From: a candidate division WOR-3 bacterium
GTDB taxonomy: Bacteria; Hydrothermota; Tepidihabitantia; Tepidihabitantales; Tepidihabitantaceae
Reading direction: 5' to 3'
Assembly (NCBI GenBank): GCA_965648905.1
Contig: CBFGIT010000007.1
Span: 8,795 to 72,794 of the forward strand
DNA: 64,000 nt
Part shown: piece by piece, positions 50,956 through 60,447 of the stretch
Layout: the number at the start of each line of letters is the position of its first letter
How positions within the stretch are numbered: the stretch's first letter is position 1
The notes under the pieces: generated by a model
Told to the model about the DNA's origin: nothing
What the model saw: only the letters and a program-made list of their open reading frames with translations
Database searches by the model: none
Position numbers and translations under genes: made by a program

Positions 50956-51333
50956 CTAACTGCCTCCTTTGCTGGTGCTCTTTCCGGCATCAGCGGACGA
51001 GCGAACCAGAGGTTCAGGGCATGAGCAGGGCGTTGAGCCGCACTTAGGACAGCCGCGGGCGTACTTCTCGGCCACACTGGCCAGGTCAATCCCTTCAAGG
51101 GAAGCCAGCGACGCAAGCCACGCGAACACGTCGGCGAACTCCTCTTCCAGATTTGCCCGATTGCCATTTCGCAGTGCCCGGGCCAGTTCGCCGGTTTCCT
51201 CGACCAGCCAGCGGAACGTGCCGTCGCGGCCGCGACCGCAGTCCTTGTCGAAGTAGATGGCGCGGATGAGCTGCTGAAAATCACGCACGGTCAAGGCTGA
51301 ATCAGCACGCGGCGGAAGTGGCTCTTTGGACAC
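50956..51333 (-). CDS. MazG-like nucleotide pyrophosphohydrolase
   Basis: WLVEETGELA, EEEFADVFAWL, CPKC...C.C. Confidence 0.88.
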   Translation of the reverse strand: MSKEPLPPRADSALTVRDFQQLIRAIYFDKDCGRGRDGTFRWLVEETGELARALRNGNRANLEEEFADVFAWLASLASLEGIDLASVAEKYARGCPKCGSTPCSCPEPLVRSSADAGKSTSKGGS

Positions 51334-51588
51334 GTGCTGAGTATCGCGAAAAAGCCCGGCCAGTCAAGCACCGCCACTCGCTCCAGGGCCGTCGTAGACT
51401 CAACAGCCGAGCCCGCAACACGGCCGGACGCAAGTCAGGAGTCCGAAGGATAAGGTCAGAAGTCAAAGGGGCGTTCTTCGTGCCCTGGTGGCCCAATCTC
51501 GGACTCACTCACGCACGGATGGCGCATGTCGATTCCGTATGCTATACTGGGTATCCGCCGTGGAACGAATAACCACAGGAGTAACCAG

Positions 51589-54210
51589 ATGACCGGAAGA
51601 TACCTGTCCGTGGTCGTGCTGCTCGTCGCCGCGGCCGTGGCTGCGCCCAAACTGGCGCTGCCGGCATCGGCGACCGGACCCATGACCATCAGCCTTGTCC
51701 AAGGCTACCGATTCGACCCGCTTGAACGGCTGCCCGAACTCCCGCCACAACTTGCCGCCGACGGCTACGGTGGCGAGTACGGCTACTACATCGTCCAGTT
51801 CCCCGGGCCGATACGGCCGGAATGGAAGGCCGCCGCCGAGCGCGCCGGTGCCGACCTGCTTTGGTACCTGCCCAACTACGCCTTCATCGCCCGCATCGCC
51901 AACGCTCAGGCATCGGCCGTGGCCGAGCTGCCCGAGGTCCGCTGGCTGGGCCTGTACCAACCCGCCTACAAGCTGCTGCCCGGGCTCGACCAGGCCCGCG
52001 GCCGGCTCTCGCTCATCGTCGTCTTCTTCAAAGCCGAAGACCAGTACCGGCTGCTCGACCAGCTTGCCGATTTGGGTGCGCAGAACATCACGCCCGAGTT
52101 CAACCCGTGGAACAACTCGGTCAGGCTCGACATTGACGCGGGTCGCATCGCCGACATCGCCCGCCTGCCCGGCGTCTACTGGCTCGAAACCTGGGGCGAG
52201 ATTACCCCGGACAACGCCAACGCGCAGTGGGTCGACATGCACGGCTATTCCGCCAGTGACACGTCCCGCACCATCTGGGCCCGGGGCGTAACCGGCTCGT
52301 CGGTCTACGTCGGGCTCACCGACCAGCAGCTCTGGCACAGCCACGACCTGTTCCGCGACCCCTCGAACAACACGCCCAGCCCGACTCACCGCAAGGTCAT
52401 CCACTACTTCGGCACCCAGGGCTCGGCCAGCCACGGCACCCACACCTCGGGTACGCTGTGCGGCAACGACGGGCCGGTCGGCGGCACGTCCCTCCACGAC
52501 GGTCTGGCCAAGGACTCGCGCCTGTACTTCCAGTACTACAGCGCCTTCCCCACCAACTGGGATATGAACGTCTGGTTTGCCGGTCCGGAATCGAGCGTTG
52601 CCGGTCTGCGTGCGTTCAACCACTCGATGTCTCTCTCTCGCAAGGATACCTACAATATCTACGTCTTCTCGGACATGACCGCGGACCAGTTCGTCTGGAA
52701 CCATCGCCAGTTCCTGCACTGCAACTCGATGGGCAACCTGACCACGAACCAGATGGGCCACCCGGTCATCGCCAAGAACATCATCTCGACCGGCGGCACC
52801 CAAAACGGCACGCTCTGCCGCAGCATCTACACTTCGACCTCGCGCGGCCCGACCGCGGACGGTCGGAGAAAGCCGCAACTGGTGTCCCCCGCGGACGGCG
52901 TCTACTCGGCGTCAAACACCAATGCCTCAGGCTACGTCTCGATGTCCGGCACCTCGATGGCCACGCCCAACATGACCGGTTCGATGGCGCTTATCCGAGA
53001 CTACTTCAGGAAGGGCTTCTACCCCACCGGCGACACCCTGACCGGCACGCCGATGGAAATCTCCGCCGCGCTGAACAAGACGGTCGGGATTGTCGGCGCG
53101 GACAACGATATCTCGGGTTACACCGTGCCCGACAACAACATCGGCTGGGGACGGGTCGACCTTGACTCATCGCTCTACTTCGCGGGCGACCAGTCGAAGC
53201 TCTGGGTGATGGACGACACGGTCGGGCTTGCGACCGGCGACTCCGCGGTCTTCACCCTGAACGTCACGGGCGACTCGCGGCCGTTCCGCGTCGCCCTGTG
53301 CTGGTCCGACTACCCGGGCACGATGCAGGCCGCGCTCATCCTCGTCAACGACCTGAACCTCACCGTCATATCGCCCACCGGCACCGAGTACAAGGGCAAC
53401 GTCTGGTCCGGCGGCCAGTCCCAGGCCGGCGGTATCTACGACACCCTGAACGTCGAAGAGTGCTTCCGCCTGGACCGACCGGAACTCGGTGAGTGGAAGG
53501 TGAAGGTCAAGGCGCGCAATGTCCCGCAAGGCCCGCAGCCCTTTGCCCTTGCCGCCATCGGCATGTTCCAGACCGCACCGCCGCCCGCCCATGACGTCGG
53601 TGTCACGGCCATACTGGTGCCCTCGGACACGAACTACATCGGCGACAGCCTCGAACCCAGGGCCATCATCCGCAACTTCGGTTCAAACAGCGAGACCTTC
53701 GACGTCTGGTTCTGGGTCGGCAACAGCTACTCCGACCGCCGTAACATAACGGTGTCGGCAGGCGAGGTTGACACGGTCGACTTTGCCGAGTGGTACGCGG
53801 ATTCGCTCGGCGAGTTCGAGACCCGCTGCTCCACCGCGCTCGCGGGCGACGAGAACCCGGCCAATGACCAGCGTACCGGCACCGTGCTCGTCCTGCCCGG
53901 CACCGGCGTTGAGGAAGGGCTCAAGCGGCCGGGCGCGTTCGCTCTGCACAGACCGCTGCCCAACCCGTTCAGCCGGGCGACCGAGGCGAGCTACTCGCTT
54001 GCCCGGCCCGGTTTCGTCAGCCTGTCGGTCTATTCCGCGGCCGGTACGCTCGTGCGCCGACTGGTCCGCACTGCGGCTGATGCCGGCTCCTACTCAGCGA
54101 CCTGGAATGGCAGCGACTCAGACGGCCGCATGGTCAGCGCCGGGTTCTACATCCTGCGGCTTGAGGCCGGTTCCCGCGCCGCCACGCAGAAACTCGTGCT
54201 GCAGCGGTAG
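51589..54210 (+). CDS. secreted S8 subtilase with CARDB-like and FlgD/T9SS-like C-terminal domains
   Basis: HGTHTSG, SRGPTADGRRKP, SGTSMATP, GWGRVDL, LVNDLNL, PNPF...WNG.D..G..V.AG.Y; SD AGGAG. Confidence 0.9.
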   Translation: MTGRYLSVVVLLVAAAVAAPKLALPASATGPMTISLVQGYRFDPLERLPELPPQLAADGYGGEYGYYIVQFPGPIRPEWKAAAERAGADLLWYLPNYAFIARIANAQASAVAELPEVRWLGLYQPAYKLLPGLDQARGRLSLIVVFFKAEDQYRLLDQLADLGAQNITPEFNPWNNSVRLDIDAGRIADIARLPGVYWLETWGEITPDNANAQWVDMHGYSASDTSRTIWARGVTGSSVYVGLTDQQLWHSHDLFRDPSNNTPSPTHRKVIHYFGTQGSASHGTHTSGTLCGNDGPVGGTSLHDGLAKDSRLYFQYYSAFPTNWDMNVWFAGPESSVAGLRAFNHSMSLSRKDTYNIYVFSDMTADQFVWNHRQFLHCNSMGNLTTNQMGHPVIAKNIISTGGTQNGTLCRSIYTSTSRGPTADGRRKPQLVSPADGVYSASNTNASGYVSMSGTSMATPNMTGSMALIRDYFRKGFYPTGDTLTGTPMEISAALNKTVGIVGADNDISGYTVPDNNIGWGRVDLDSSLYFAGDQSKLWVMDDTVGLATGDSAVFTLNVTGDSRPFRVALCWSDYPGTMQAALILVNDLNLTVISPTGTEYKGNVWSGGQSQAGGIYDTLNVEECFRLDRPELGEWKVKVKARNVPQGPQPFALAAIGMFQTAPPPAHDVGVTAILVPSDTNYIGDSLEPRAIIRNFGSNSETFDVWFWVGNSYSDRRNITVSAGEVDTVDFAEWYADSLGEFETRCSTALAGDENPANDQRTGTVLVLPGTGVEEGLKRPGAFALHRPLPNPFSRATEASYSLARPGFVSLSVYSAAGTLVRRLVRTAADAGSYSATWNGSDSDGRMVSAGFYILRLEAGSRAATQKLVLQR

Positions 54211-54231
54211 TCGAGCAAACCCGTTCATCGT

Positions 54232-54259
54232 GCAGGGGCGCGGGCAACCGCGCCCCTGC
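54232..54259 (+). terminator. intrinsic terminator-like hairpin
   Basis: 12-bp stem GCAGGGGCGCGG-GCAA-CCGCGCCCCTGC after the protease stop. Confidence 0.65.
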
Positions 54260-54294
54260 CTTGTCCTGCTCGCTCCCGCCGGCTCCAACTCAAG

Positions 54295-54545
54295 CCCTAG
54301 TTCCGACATTGCGGTGTGAACTGGAGTGAAGAAGAGAGGCTGACTTGCTTCAGTCATCGGCGTCTAACGAGTACGCTAATACTTCACCCGTCAGGTGACA
54401 TGAAAGGCAGCCAGGTACTTAGGCGCAGTGTAACCCAGGAACGGCTCGATTTCCAGATTGCGCCAATCTCCGATACTACCACCAGTCGGGCAGGTCTGGC
54501 CCTGTCTTCAGAGAGCCGCGCTGGCACTGGGTGTCCGCAGGAGCC
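54295..54545 (+). mobile_element. IS1380-family left-end remnant
   Basis: End-like sequence CCCTAGTTCCGACATT, then QERLDFQIAPISDTTTSRAGLAL / AALALGV (frameshifted), resembling IS1380 transposase N-termini. Confidence 0.5.
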
Positions 54546-54624
54546 ATCTTGGCAGTCGATTCTCACTCTGCCTTCGGCCTTTGTCCGCACTCCTGCCTCC
54601 TTTCGTCTCTTCTGCACCTCTGCC

Positions 54625-54673
54625 ATTCTGCACTCTGCAATCTGTATTCTGCCTTCTGCATTCTACCTTCGTC
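54625..54673. repeat. heptamer tandem repeat (nnTCTGC) x7
   Basis: ATTCTGC ACTCTGC AATCTGT ATTCTGC CTTCTGC ATTCTAC CTTCGTC. Confidence 0.8.
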
Positions 54674-54709
54674 CTACCATATGACCATCCCCTGGCTGGT
54701 AAGGGGGAC

Positions 54710-54961
54710 GGTTCCCCTTTCGGAACCCCCTGCCCCGACCCCGGCCGAAACCCATTGGGCAGCCCCAGGCGAAGCGGTTACGCCTTCCCCTGCCCCAGTC
54801 CTTTCGGCAACCCCTGTGCCTGCCGCCGCCCCGGGGGGTTCGGCGGCCCGCGCCCAGGCCCGATGCGTTCGCGGGTCCCAGACCCGGACCCAGCCCGGTG
54901 CCGACCCCCCTGCCCATCCGCCCGCGCCTCCCCTTGCCCAAACCACCGCAGCACCCCTCAG
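54710..54961. repeat. degenerate 12-bp-periodic array
   Basis: 21 in-register 12-mers, e.g. GGTTCCCCTTTC GGAACCCCCTGC CCCGACCCCGGC CGAAACCCATTG GGCAGCCCCAGG ... GCCTTCCCCTGC CCCAGTCCTTTC GGCAACCCCTGT. Confidence 0.7.
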
Positions 54962-55201
54962 CCCGGCAGGGAAGACGACACCAGAGACCATCCAGACCAC
55001 CCGGCTTGCCCGCAAGCATCTGATAACGGCCGATTCCGCAAGTGTGCCGCACTCCGAAACCCATCAGACGACGGTCTACTTAGTCAATTGGACTACCAAC
55101 CGCGTGATCCCATCAAGTCCGAGGCTCAATATCGGGATTGGGGCCAAGCCAAGAGACAGCGATTTGACCTCGTGCCGCTTACAGGCTACAATTGCTCTTA
55201 C

Positions 55202-55274
55202 GCCGGCGTAGCTCAGTCGGTAGAGCAGCGGTTTCGTAAACCGCAGGTCGTCGGTTCGATTCCGACCACCGGCT
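55202..55274 (+). tRNA. tRNA-Thr(CGT)
   Basis: GCCGGCGTAGCTCAG, anticodon arm GCGGT-TTCGTAA-ACCGC, GGTTCGATTCC; promoter TTGACC-N17-TACAAT at 55164-55192. Confidence 0.96.
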
Positions 55275-55330
55275 TTTCTGAAAGTGACCAGACCCCAATC
55301 CCCGAGGGCCGCTCAGACGGCAGCACAGTA

Positions 55331-57166
55331 ATGCTCGCCCGAGGTCGAGACCCGAAACGCGAGGCCGAACTCCAGGCCGCGTTCGAGGAGGCCGAACGCC
55401 ACCGCGCCGAACGCCGGGCCGGAGCTCTGTTTGACAACTTTGTAGACGCAAGCCCGGTCGGCATCGAGCTGTTCGACGGCCGGGGCAATCCGGTAAGAAG
55501 TAACAAGGCAGCCGAGCGCTTGCTCGGCAAGGTTCCGCCTCCCGGCATCCCGCTGACCGACCCACGCGGACTCAAGCGAGCCGGTCTGCTCGAGCCCCAG
55601 CTCAAGCGCGTTCTGGCCGGCACCCGGGTAGAAACTCCACCGACCTGGTACGACCCGACCGAAATCGGTCTGCCCGGCATCCCCGGCACCAAAGTCTGCT
55701 TTCGCGCCACGGTCTTCCCGCTGTTCGACCACGAAGGCACGGTCGCGCAGATCGGCGTGCTCTACGAGGACCTGACCGAAACAAAGAAGCTCGAACAGGC
55801 TGCCCGGGAGGCAGAGGAACGTATCCGCGCTGCTCCACCGCCTGAACCAGCAGTTGAGGCGCCCGGCGACTCGGGTCGCATCCCGGACACTGACGCGCGC
55901 GACATCGAGTTTCAGCGCCGCAAGCTCGAATCAGCCCTGCGCGAATCTGAGGAACGCTATCGTTCGTTCGTTGACTCAGCCCGAGGGTTCGTTGTGGTCC
56001 GGTTCTCCGAAGACGGCCACATCCTGCACCTGAGCCCTTCGGTTGAAACGTTCTGGGGTGTCAGACGCGACACAATCCTTCTTGACAACGCTGCCTGGTT
56101 CAGTCGCATCCACCCCGAGGACCTGACCCGAGTCAAGCAGGTCGAAGCCGAGGCGCGTCGGGCCGGCGCCTATCCGGAAGACTACCAGTTCCGCGTCGTC
56201 AACCTGACCACCAATGCAGTCTACTGGCTTGAGGTCCGTGGTGCGGCATGCTCATGGGCCGGACGGCGCACTCTTGACGCGGTCATCACCGACATCACGA
56301 CCCGCAAGTCCCTGGAGGCCGAGCTTGCCGACCGCGAGCGCAAGCTGGCCGCGCTCGTCACCAGTTCGACCGACGGTGTCATCGTGCTCGACGTTGACTG
56401 GGTCGTCAGAAGCTGGAGCCCGGCGGCGGAAAAGGAGACGCGGGTAAGCGCATCAGAGGCCCTCGGCAGACGGCTCTGGGAAATCTACCCCGACCTTGAG
56501 AAAAGCGGGTTTGCCGCCCCGTTCAAGAAGGCGTTTGCTGAAAAGAAGCCCCAGTTCTTCGAGGGATTCTATCAGGACGGCCGCGAGAAGTATGCCGGCT
56601 GGTTCAATCTGTCGGTCTATCCCTACGGTGCCGGCGCGCTGGCGATTATCCGCAACGTCAGCCCGCGCCGACGAGCCGAACTTGCCTGGCAGGAAGCTGA
56701 TTCCAAACTCAAAGTCCTGCTTGACCAGCCTGGAGTTGCCTTTGCCCTTAAGGACTCAAACCTCCGCTACGTCCTGGCCAATCCCGCGGCAACCAGAACC
56801 GTGCTGCAGAGCGCGAACGGCAACCCGGTCGGTAAGACCGACCCCGAGCTCTACAACGCCCGGGTCTCGGCCCTGCTCACCTCGCACGACCGCAAGGTCC
56901 TTGAGAAGGGTCAATCCACCGAGCTCGAACTCGCTCTCCCTGACGGCTCAAGCCCGAACCCGACCTGGTATCACATCACCAAGCACCCCTGGCGCTCGGC
57001 GTCAGGTGAAGTTGCGGGAGTGCTCGACGTCTCCTACGACATCACCCAGCGGGTCCGTGCCCAGCAGGAACTCGCCCGCCGCCGCGCCGCAATTGACGCT
57101 CTCCTCACTGAACAGGCTCAGACCCTGCACAAGGCGCAGGAAGAACTCGGCCGCTGGAGCGGATAG
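55331..57166 (+). CDS. multi-PAS domain protein with no output domain
   Basis: About four PAS/PAC units (EDLTE, RIHPED, DITTRK, RNVS, DITQR) joined by coiled coils; start placed after the tRNA. Confidence 0.85.
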   Translation: MLARGRDPKREAELQAAFEEAERHRAERRAGALFDNFVDASPVGIELFDGRGNPVRSNKAAERLLGKVPPPGIPLTDPRGLKRAGLLEPQLKRVLAGTRVETPPTWYDPTEIGLPGIPGTKVCFRATVFPLFDHEGTVAQIGVLYEDLTETKKLEQAAREAEERIRAAPPPEPAVEAPGDSGRIPDTDARDIEFQRRKLESALRESEERYRSFVDSARGFVVVRFSEDGHILHLSPSVETFWGVRRDTILLDNAAWFSRIHPEDLTRVKQVEAEARRAGAYPEDYQFRVVNLTTNAVYWLEVRGAACSWAGRRTLDAVITDITTRKSLEAELADRERKLAALVTSSTDGVIVLDVDWVVRSWSPAAEKETRVSASEALGRRLWEIYPDLEKSGFAAPFKKAFAEKKPQFFEGFYQDGREKYAGWFNLSVYPYGAGALAIIRNVSPRRRAELAWQEADSKLKVLLDQPGVAFALKDSNLRYVLANPAATRTVLQSANGNPVGKTDPELYNARVSALLTSHDRKVLEKGQSTELELALPDGSSPNPTWYHITKHPWRSASGEVAGVLDVSYDITQRVRAQQELARRRAAIDALLTEQAQTLHKAQEELGRWSG

Positions 57167-57172
57167 CCCGAA

Positions 57173-58897
57173 GTGAAGCACGACAGACCCGGGCAGCACA
57201 CGGCGTCGGTTGCTCTCGCGCGGTTCGCGGCGCGATGGCAGTGGCCTGTCATCCTTATCTTTGTGCTCGTCGCCCTTGCCCTGCGCGCCGCTGACCTGAA
57301 AGCCGATCCGCCACCTGACCTGAGCTGGAGCTTCGGGCCTTACACCGATGAGACCTACAATACCTACTCAGCCCGCAACATGCTGCTATATGGCACATGG
57401 AAGGTCGACGACTTCTTCCCCTTTGTCGTCTACCCGCTGGTCAACCTGCTCGCCTTCCTCGTGTTCAAGCTCCTGGGCATGGGTTTCGTTCAGGTGAAAC
57501 TGCTCTCACTGGTAGCCAGTGTCCTGTCAGTCCTCGTCATCCACCTGCTGGTCAAAGAGGACTCCGGCCCCCTGCCCGGCCTGCTGGCCGGGCTCGGGCT
57601 GGCGTTCTCGTTCCCGCTGGTGATGTACGGTCGGCTTGGTCTGGTCGAATCGGTGCAGATTCTCTTCCTGCTCCTCACCGGGCTGTTCTATGTCCGCGGC
57701 ATCAGGAGGCCATGGCAGATGGCCTGGTGTGGTCTCTTCGCGGCGTCCACCGTGCTGCTCGTCAAGATATCAGCCGGGTTCGTCCTGCCCGCGCTGTTCC
57801 TTGCCCTAATCTGGGAAACTGTCTCCGCCCGGACGGACCCACCCCGCCGGCGCACGCTCTTGCGGGGTATTCTGCCGTGGTTCGTCGGCGCTGCGGTCGC
57901 GTTTGCGGTCTGGCTGATACTGGTCTTCCTGCCCCATCGTGGTGAGTACCTGCAGTATGTCCTGCGCCACTCGCTGGAGTCGCCGGCCGGACATCCGGCA
58001 GGGCTGGTCGCCTACCTGCACAACGCCCTGACCATTGGCGCCAAGTCACGCCTCGCGCCGCGCGTGGCCTGGGTCGGACTGCTCGGCGTTCTCGTGCTGC
58101 CCGGCCTGGCCATCTCCCGCCGACCGTCGATGCGCTTCATGTGGTCGTGGTTCCTGCTCAGCTTCCTGATGCTCGGCTACATGAACTACCGACCCGACCG
58201 CTATGAACTCGTGCTGATTCCTGCGCTCATTGCCGGTTCTGCCGTGGCTCTGGCGCGGCTGCTGGAAAAGGGCACGCTGCTGCCCTCATCTTCGGGCGTA
58301 GTCAGGACGGCACTCTATGCACTATGGCTGGTGATACCGGTCGGGCAGTTCGTTGTCCACGTCGGCGGCCTGGAGAACACGCTGCGCAACACGCCTCCGG
58401 GCAACCTTGTCGCAAAGACACTGCTCATCGCTGCCGTGGTCGGCCTTGTCTGCTTCGGCGTCACGCGGCTGCTTCGCCGGGGCATCACGCTGAGCTCGCC
58501 CGCGCTCAGAGCCGTGCTGGCGCTGGCTCTGCTGGCACTCAGCCTGCGCCTGGACCTGGCGCAGTACTTCACGTGGTTCGGCAACCGCACTCACGACATG
58601 GTGACCTACTCAACCGACCTGGACCGGACCCTGCCCGAGGACGCGGTGCTTGCCGGCAGTTGGGCGCCGGCGCTGCTCGTGAGCTCACGCAAACGGGCAG
58701 TGTGCGTGACCGACTGGGCGAACGCTGACGACCCGGTCAGCCGGTTCAGTGTCACCCACATGGTGTCGCCTGAGAACGGACTGGACATCAGCCTGTTTAC
58801 ACGGCACTATCCCGACCTGATGATGCAGGCAAAGGTCCTGCGTCGGTACTTCCCGCGCAGTCTACCGTTGACCGTCTACGAGTTGCCCCGTCCCTGA
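57173..58897 (+). CDS. GT-C (GT39/ArnT-like) membrane glycosyltransferase
   Basis: LRAADL.ADPP, TDETYN...ARN, YGRLGLVES, many TMs. Confidence 0.75.
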   Translation: MKHDRPGQHTASVALARFAARWQWPVILIFVLVALALRAADLKADPPPDLSWSFGPYTDETYNTYSARNMLLYGTWKVDDFFPFVVYPLVNLLAFLVFKLLGMGFVQVKLLSLVASVLSVLVIHLLVKEDSGPLPGLLAGLGLAFSFPLVMYGRLGLVESVQILFLLLTGLFYVRGIRRPWQMAWCGLFAASTVLLVKISAGFVLPALFLALIWETVSARTDPPRRRTLLRGILPWFVGAAVAFAVWLILVFLPHRGEYLQYVLRHSLESPAGHPAGLVAYLHNALTIGAKSRLAPRVAWVGLLGVLVLPGLAISRRPSMRFMWSWFLLSFLMLGYMNYRPDRYELVLIPALIAGSAVALARLLEKGTLLPSSSGVVRTALYALWLVIPVGQFVVHVGGLENTLRNTPPGNLVAKTLLIAAVVGLVCFGVTRLLRRGITLSSPALRAVLALALLALSLRLDLAQYFTWFGNRTHDMVTYSTDLDRTLPEDAVLAGSWAPALLVSSRKRAVCVTDWANADDPVSRFSVTHMVSPENGLDISLFTRHYPDLMMQAKVLRRYFPRSLPLTVYELPRP

Positions 58898-58913
58898 CCC
58901 GGGACTAGACCGA

Positions 58914-59168
58914 CTAGCGCGCCAGCACGAACTTTCGGGCGACGACCGAGCTACCCGACGCCACACGGCAGTAGTAGCTGCCTTCGGGAGTCCGGACGCC
59001 TAACTGATCCCGGCCATCCCAGACCAGCCATTGCCCCGCCGGCTCGATACGTCCTGAGAACAGCTCTCTCACTGTCCTGCCAGCCACGTCCACAATATCC
59101 GCCTTCAGGCTGAGCGGCGAAGAGAATCCAGTCCTCGAAGTGTGCTCTTCGTCTCTCTGGTGGCTCAA
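58914..59168 (-). pseudogene. orphan FlgD/T9SS-like C-terminal domain fragment
   Basis: IVDVAGRTVREL...WDGRDQLG....GSYYCRV......KFVLAR with no signal peptide or cargo domain. Confidence 0.55.
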
Positions 59169-59231
59169 TCTTGGATCAAGGGTGTCGCAGCGTTCTTGAC
59201 TTTCAGCCTGCCCGGTTTATCATAGCGGCCA

Positions 59232-59780
59232 GTGAAAAGAACCCCAAACGCAGCAAGTGCGACCCAGACGTGCCGGCTGGGCCCGGGCACGGTCACGGTC
59301 CGCTGGGCAAAGGACAACGTGTCCTCGGTCGTGCTCGAACCATGTCCTGCCCCAAGTGCCACATACAAGCCCTGTTGTCGCGGCCAACTGGCACGGGACT
59401 TGACACGTGTGCTTTCCGGTGCTCCAGCCCCAAGACGGCTGCACATTGACACCGGCCGGTTGAGTCCTTTCGCGCGCCGGGTGTTGAGCCGGTGTGCGGG
59501 CATCGGGCCGGGGCAGGTCATGACCTATGGCGAGCTGGCCCAGGCCGTCGGCAGGCCCAAGGCAGCGCGTGCTGTGGGCCAGGTGCTGGCCCGCAATCCG
59601 TTCCCGCTGCTCATACCCTGCCATCGCGTCGTCGGTACCGGCCACCGTCTGACCGGGTTCCGTGGTGGTCTGGCATGGAAGGAATACCTGCTCGCGCATG
59701 AGGGCTGGCGCATCGCCGGCGGAACCGCGGGACCGCGACTGGCAGGCAAGAACAGAGCCGGACATGGCCGCACAGGTTGA
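59232..59780 (+). CDS. ogt: methylated-DNA-protein-cysteine methyltransferase
   Basis: [31 protein letters not shown]. Confidence 0.9.
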   Translation: MKRTPNAASATQTCRLGPGTVTVRWAKDNVSSVVLEPCPAPSATYKPCCRGQLARDLTRVLSGAPAPRRLHIDTGRLSPFARRVLSRCAGIGPGQVMTYGELAQAVGRPKAARAVGQVLARNPFPLLIPCHRVVGTGHRLTGFRGGLAWKEYLLAHEGWRIAGGTAGPRLAGKNRAGHGRTG

Positions 59781-60399
59781 ACGGCTTGTGGTCGGGCCGC
59801 TTGCGACCAACTGCTACCTCCTCAAGTCCGGCGAGGAATTGGCCGTGGTTGACCCGGGAGGCGATGCCGATGAGATTCTCGCGCTGGCCGGGCAACTGGG
59901 CGGGGCGGTGAAGCTGGTAATCAACACCCACGGCCACATTGACCATGTGGCCGCGAATCAGGCAGTCGTTGACGCCACCGGCGCTGAGCTTTGCATCCAT
60001 CGGCTCGATGCCGGAATGCTGGCCAACCCGGACACCGGTCTGGCCATGATGATGGGCTTTGAGGTTCGGTCGCCGGCACCAACGCGGCTGCTTTTTGAGG
60101 GCGACCTGCTCCGGGTCGGCGAAGAAGAGTTGGTGGTTCGACACACACCCGGTCACACTCCGGGCGGCATCTGTCTGCTGGGCAACGGCTACGCGTTCAC
60201 CGGCGACACTTTGTTTGTCGATTCCATCGGCCGGACCGATTTCCCGGGCGGCTCGACGCACGAGATGCAGACGTCACTAGGCCGCCTGCAGGCGCTCTTG
60301 AGGCGCGAAACAGAGATTTATCCGGGCCACGGCGAGCCGGGCACTTTCGGCCGGGCGCTGCTGGTCAACCCCTTCTTGGGCGGTCTGCTTGTCTCGTAA
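59764..60399 (+). CDS. MBL-fold metallo-hydrolase (glyoxalase II-like)
   Basis: [34 protein letters not shown]. Confidence 0.92.
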   Translation: MAAQVERLVVGPLATNCYLLKSGEELAVVDPGGDADEILALAGQLGGAVKLVINTHGHIDHVAANQAVVDATGAELCIHRLDAGMLANPDTGLAMMMGFEVRSPAPTRLLFEGDLLRVGEEELVVRHTPGHTPGGICLLGNGYAFTGDTLFVDSIGRTDFPGGSTHEMQTSLGRLQALLRRETEIYPGHGEPGTFGRALLVNPFLGGLLVS

Positions 60400-60447
60400 C
60401 CGACCGGAAGGCATTGTCAGTCGTCACCGCGAACGACAGGAGGAACT

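Noticed and set aside
51505..52878. 457-aa minus-strand ORF
   Set aside because: Antisense shadow of the S8 protease
54663..55064. Gly/Arg-rich minus-strand ORF resembling DUF5320
   Set aside because: Composition is explained by the C-rich 12-mer array; no SD or family N-terminal motif seen
54458..55330. 291-codon N-terminal extension of the PAS ORF
   Set aside because: Runs through the IS stub, heptamers, 12-mer array and tRNA-Thr; ATG 55331 is a better start
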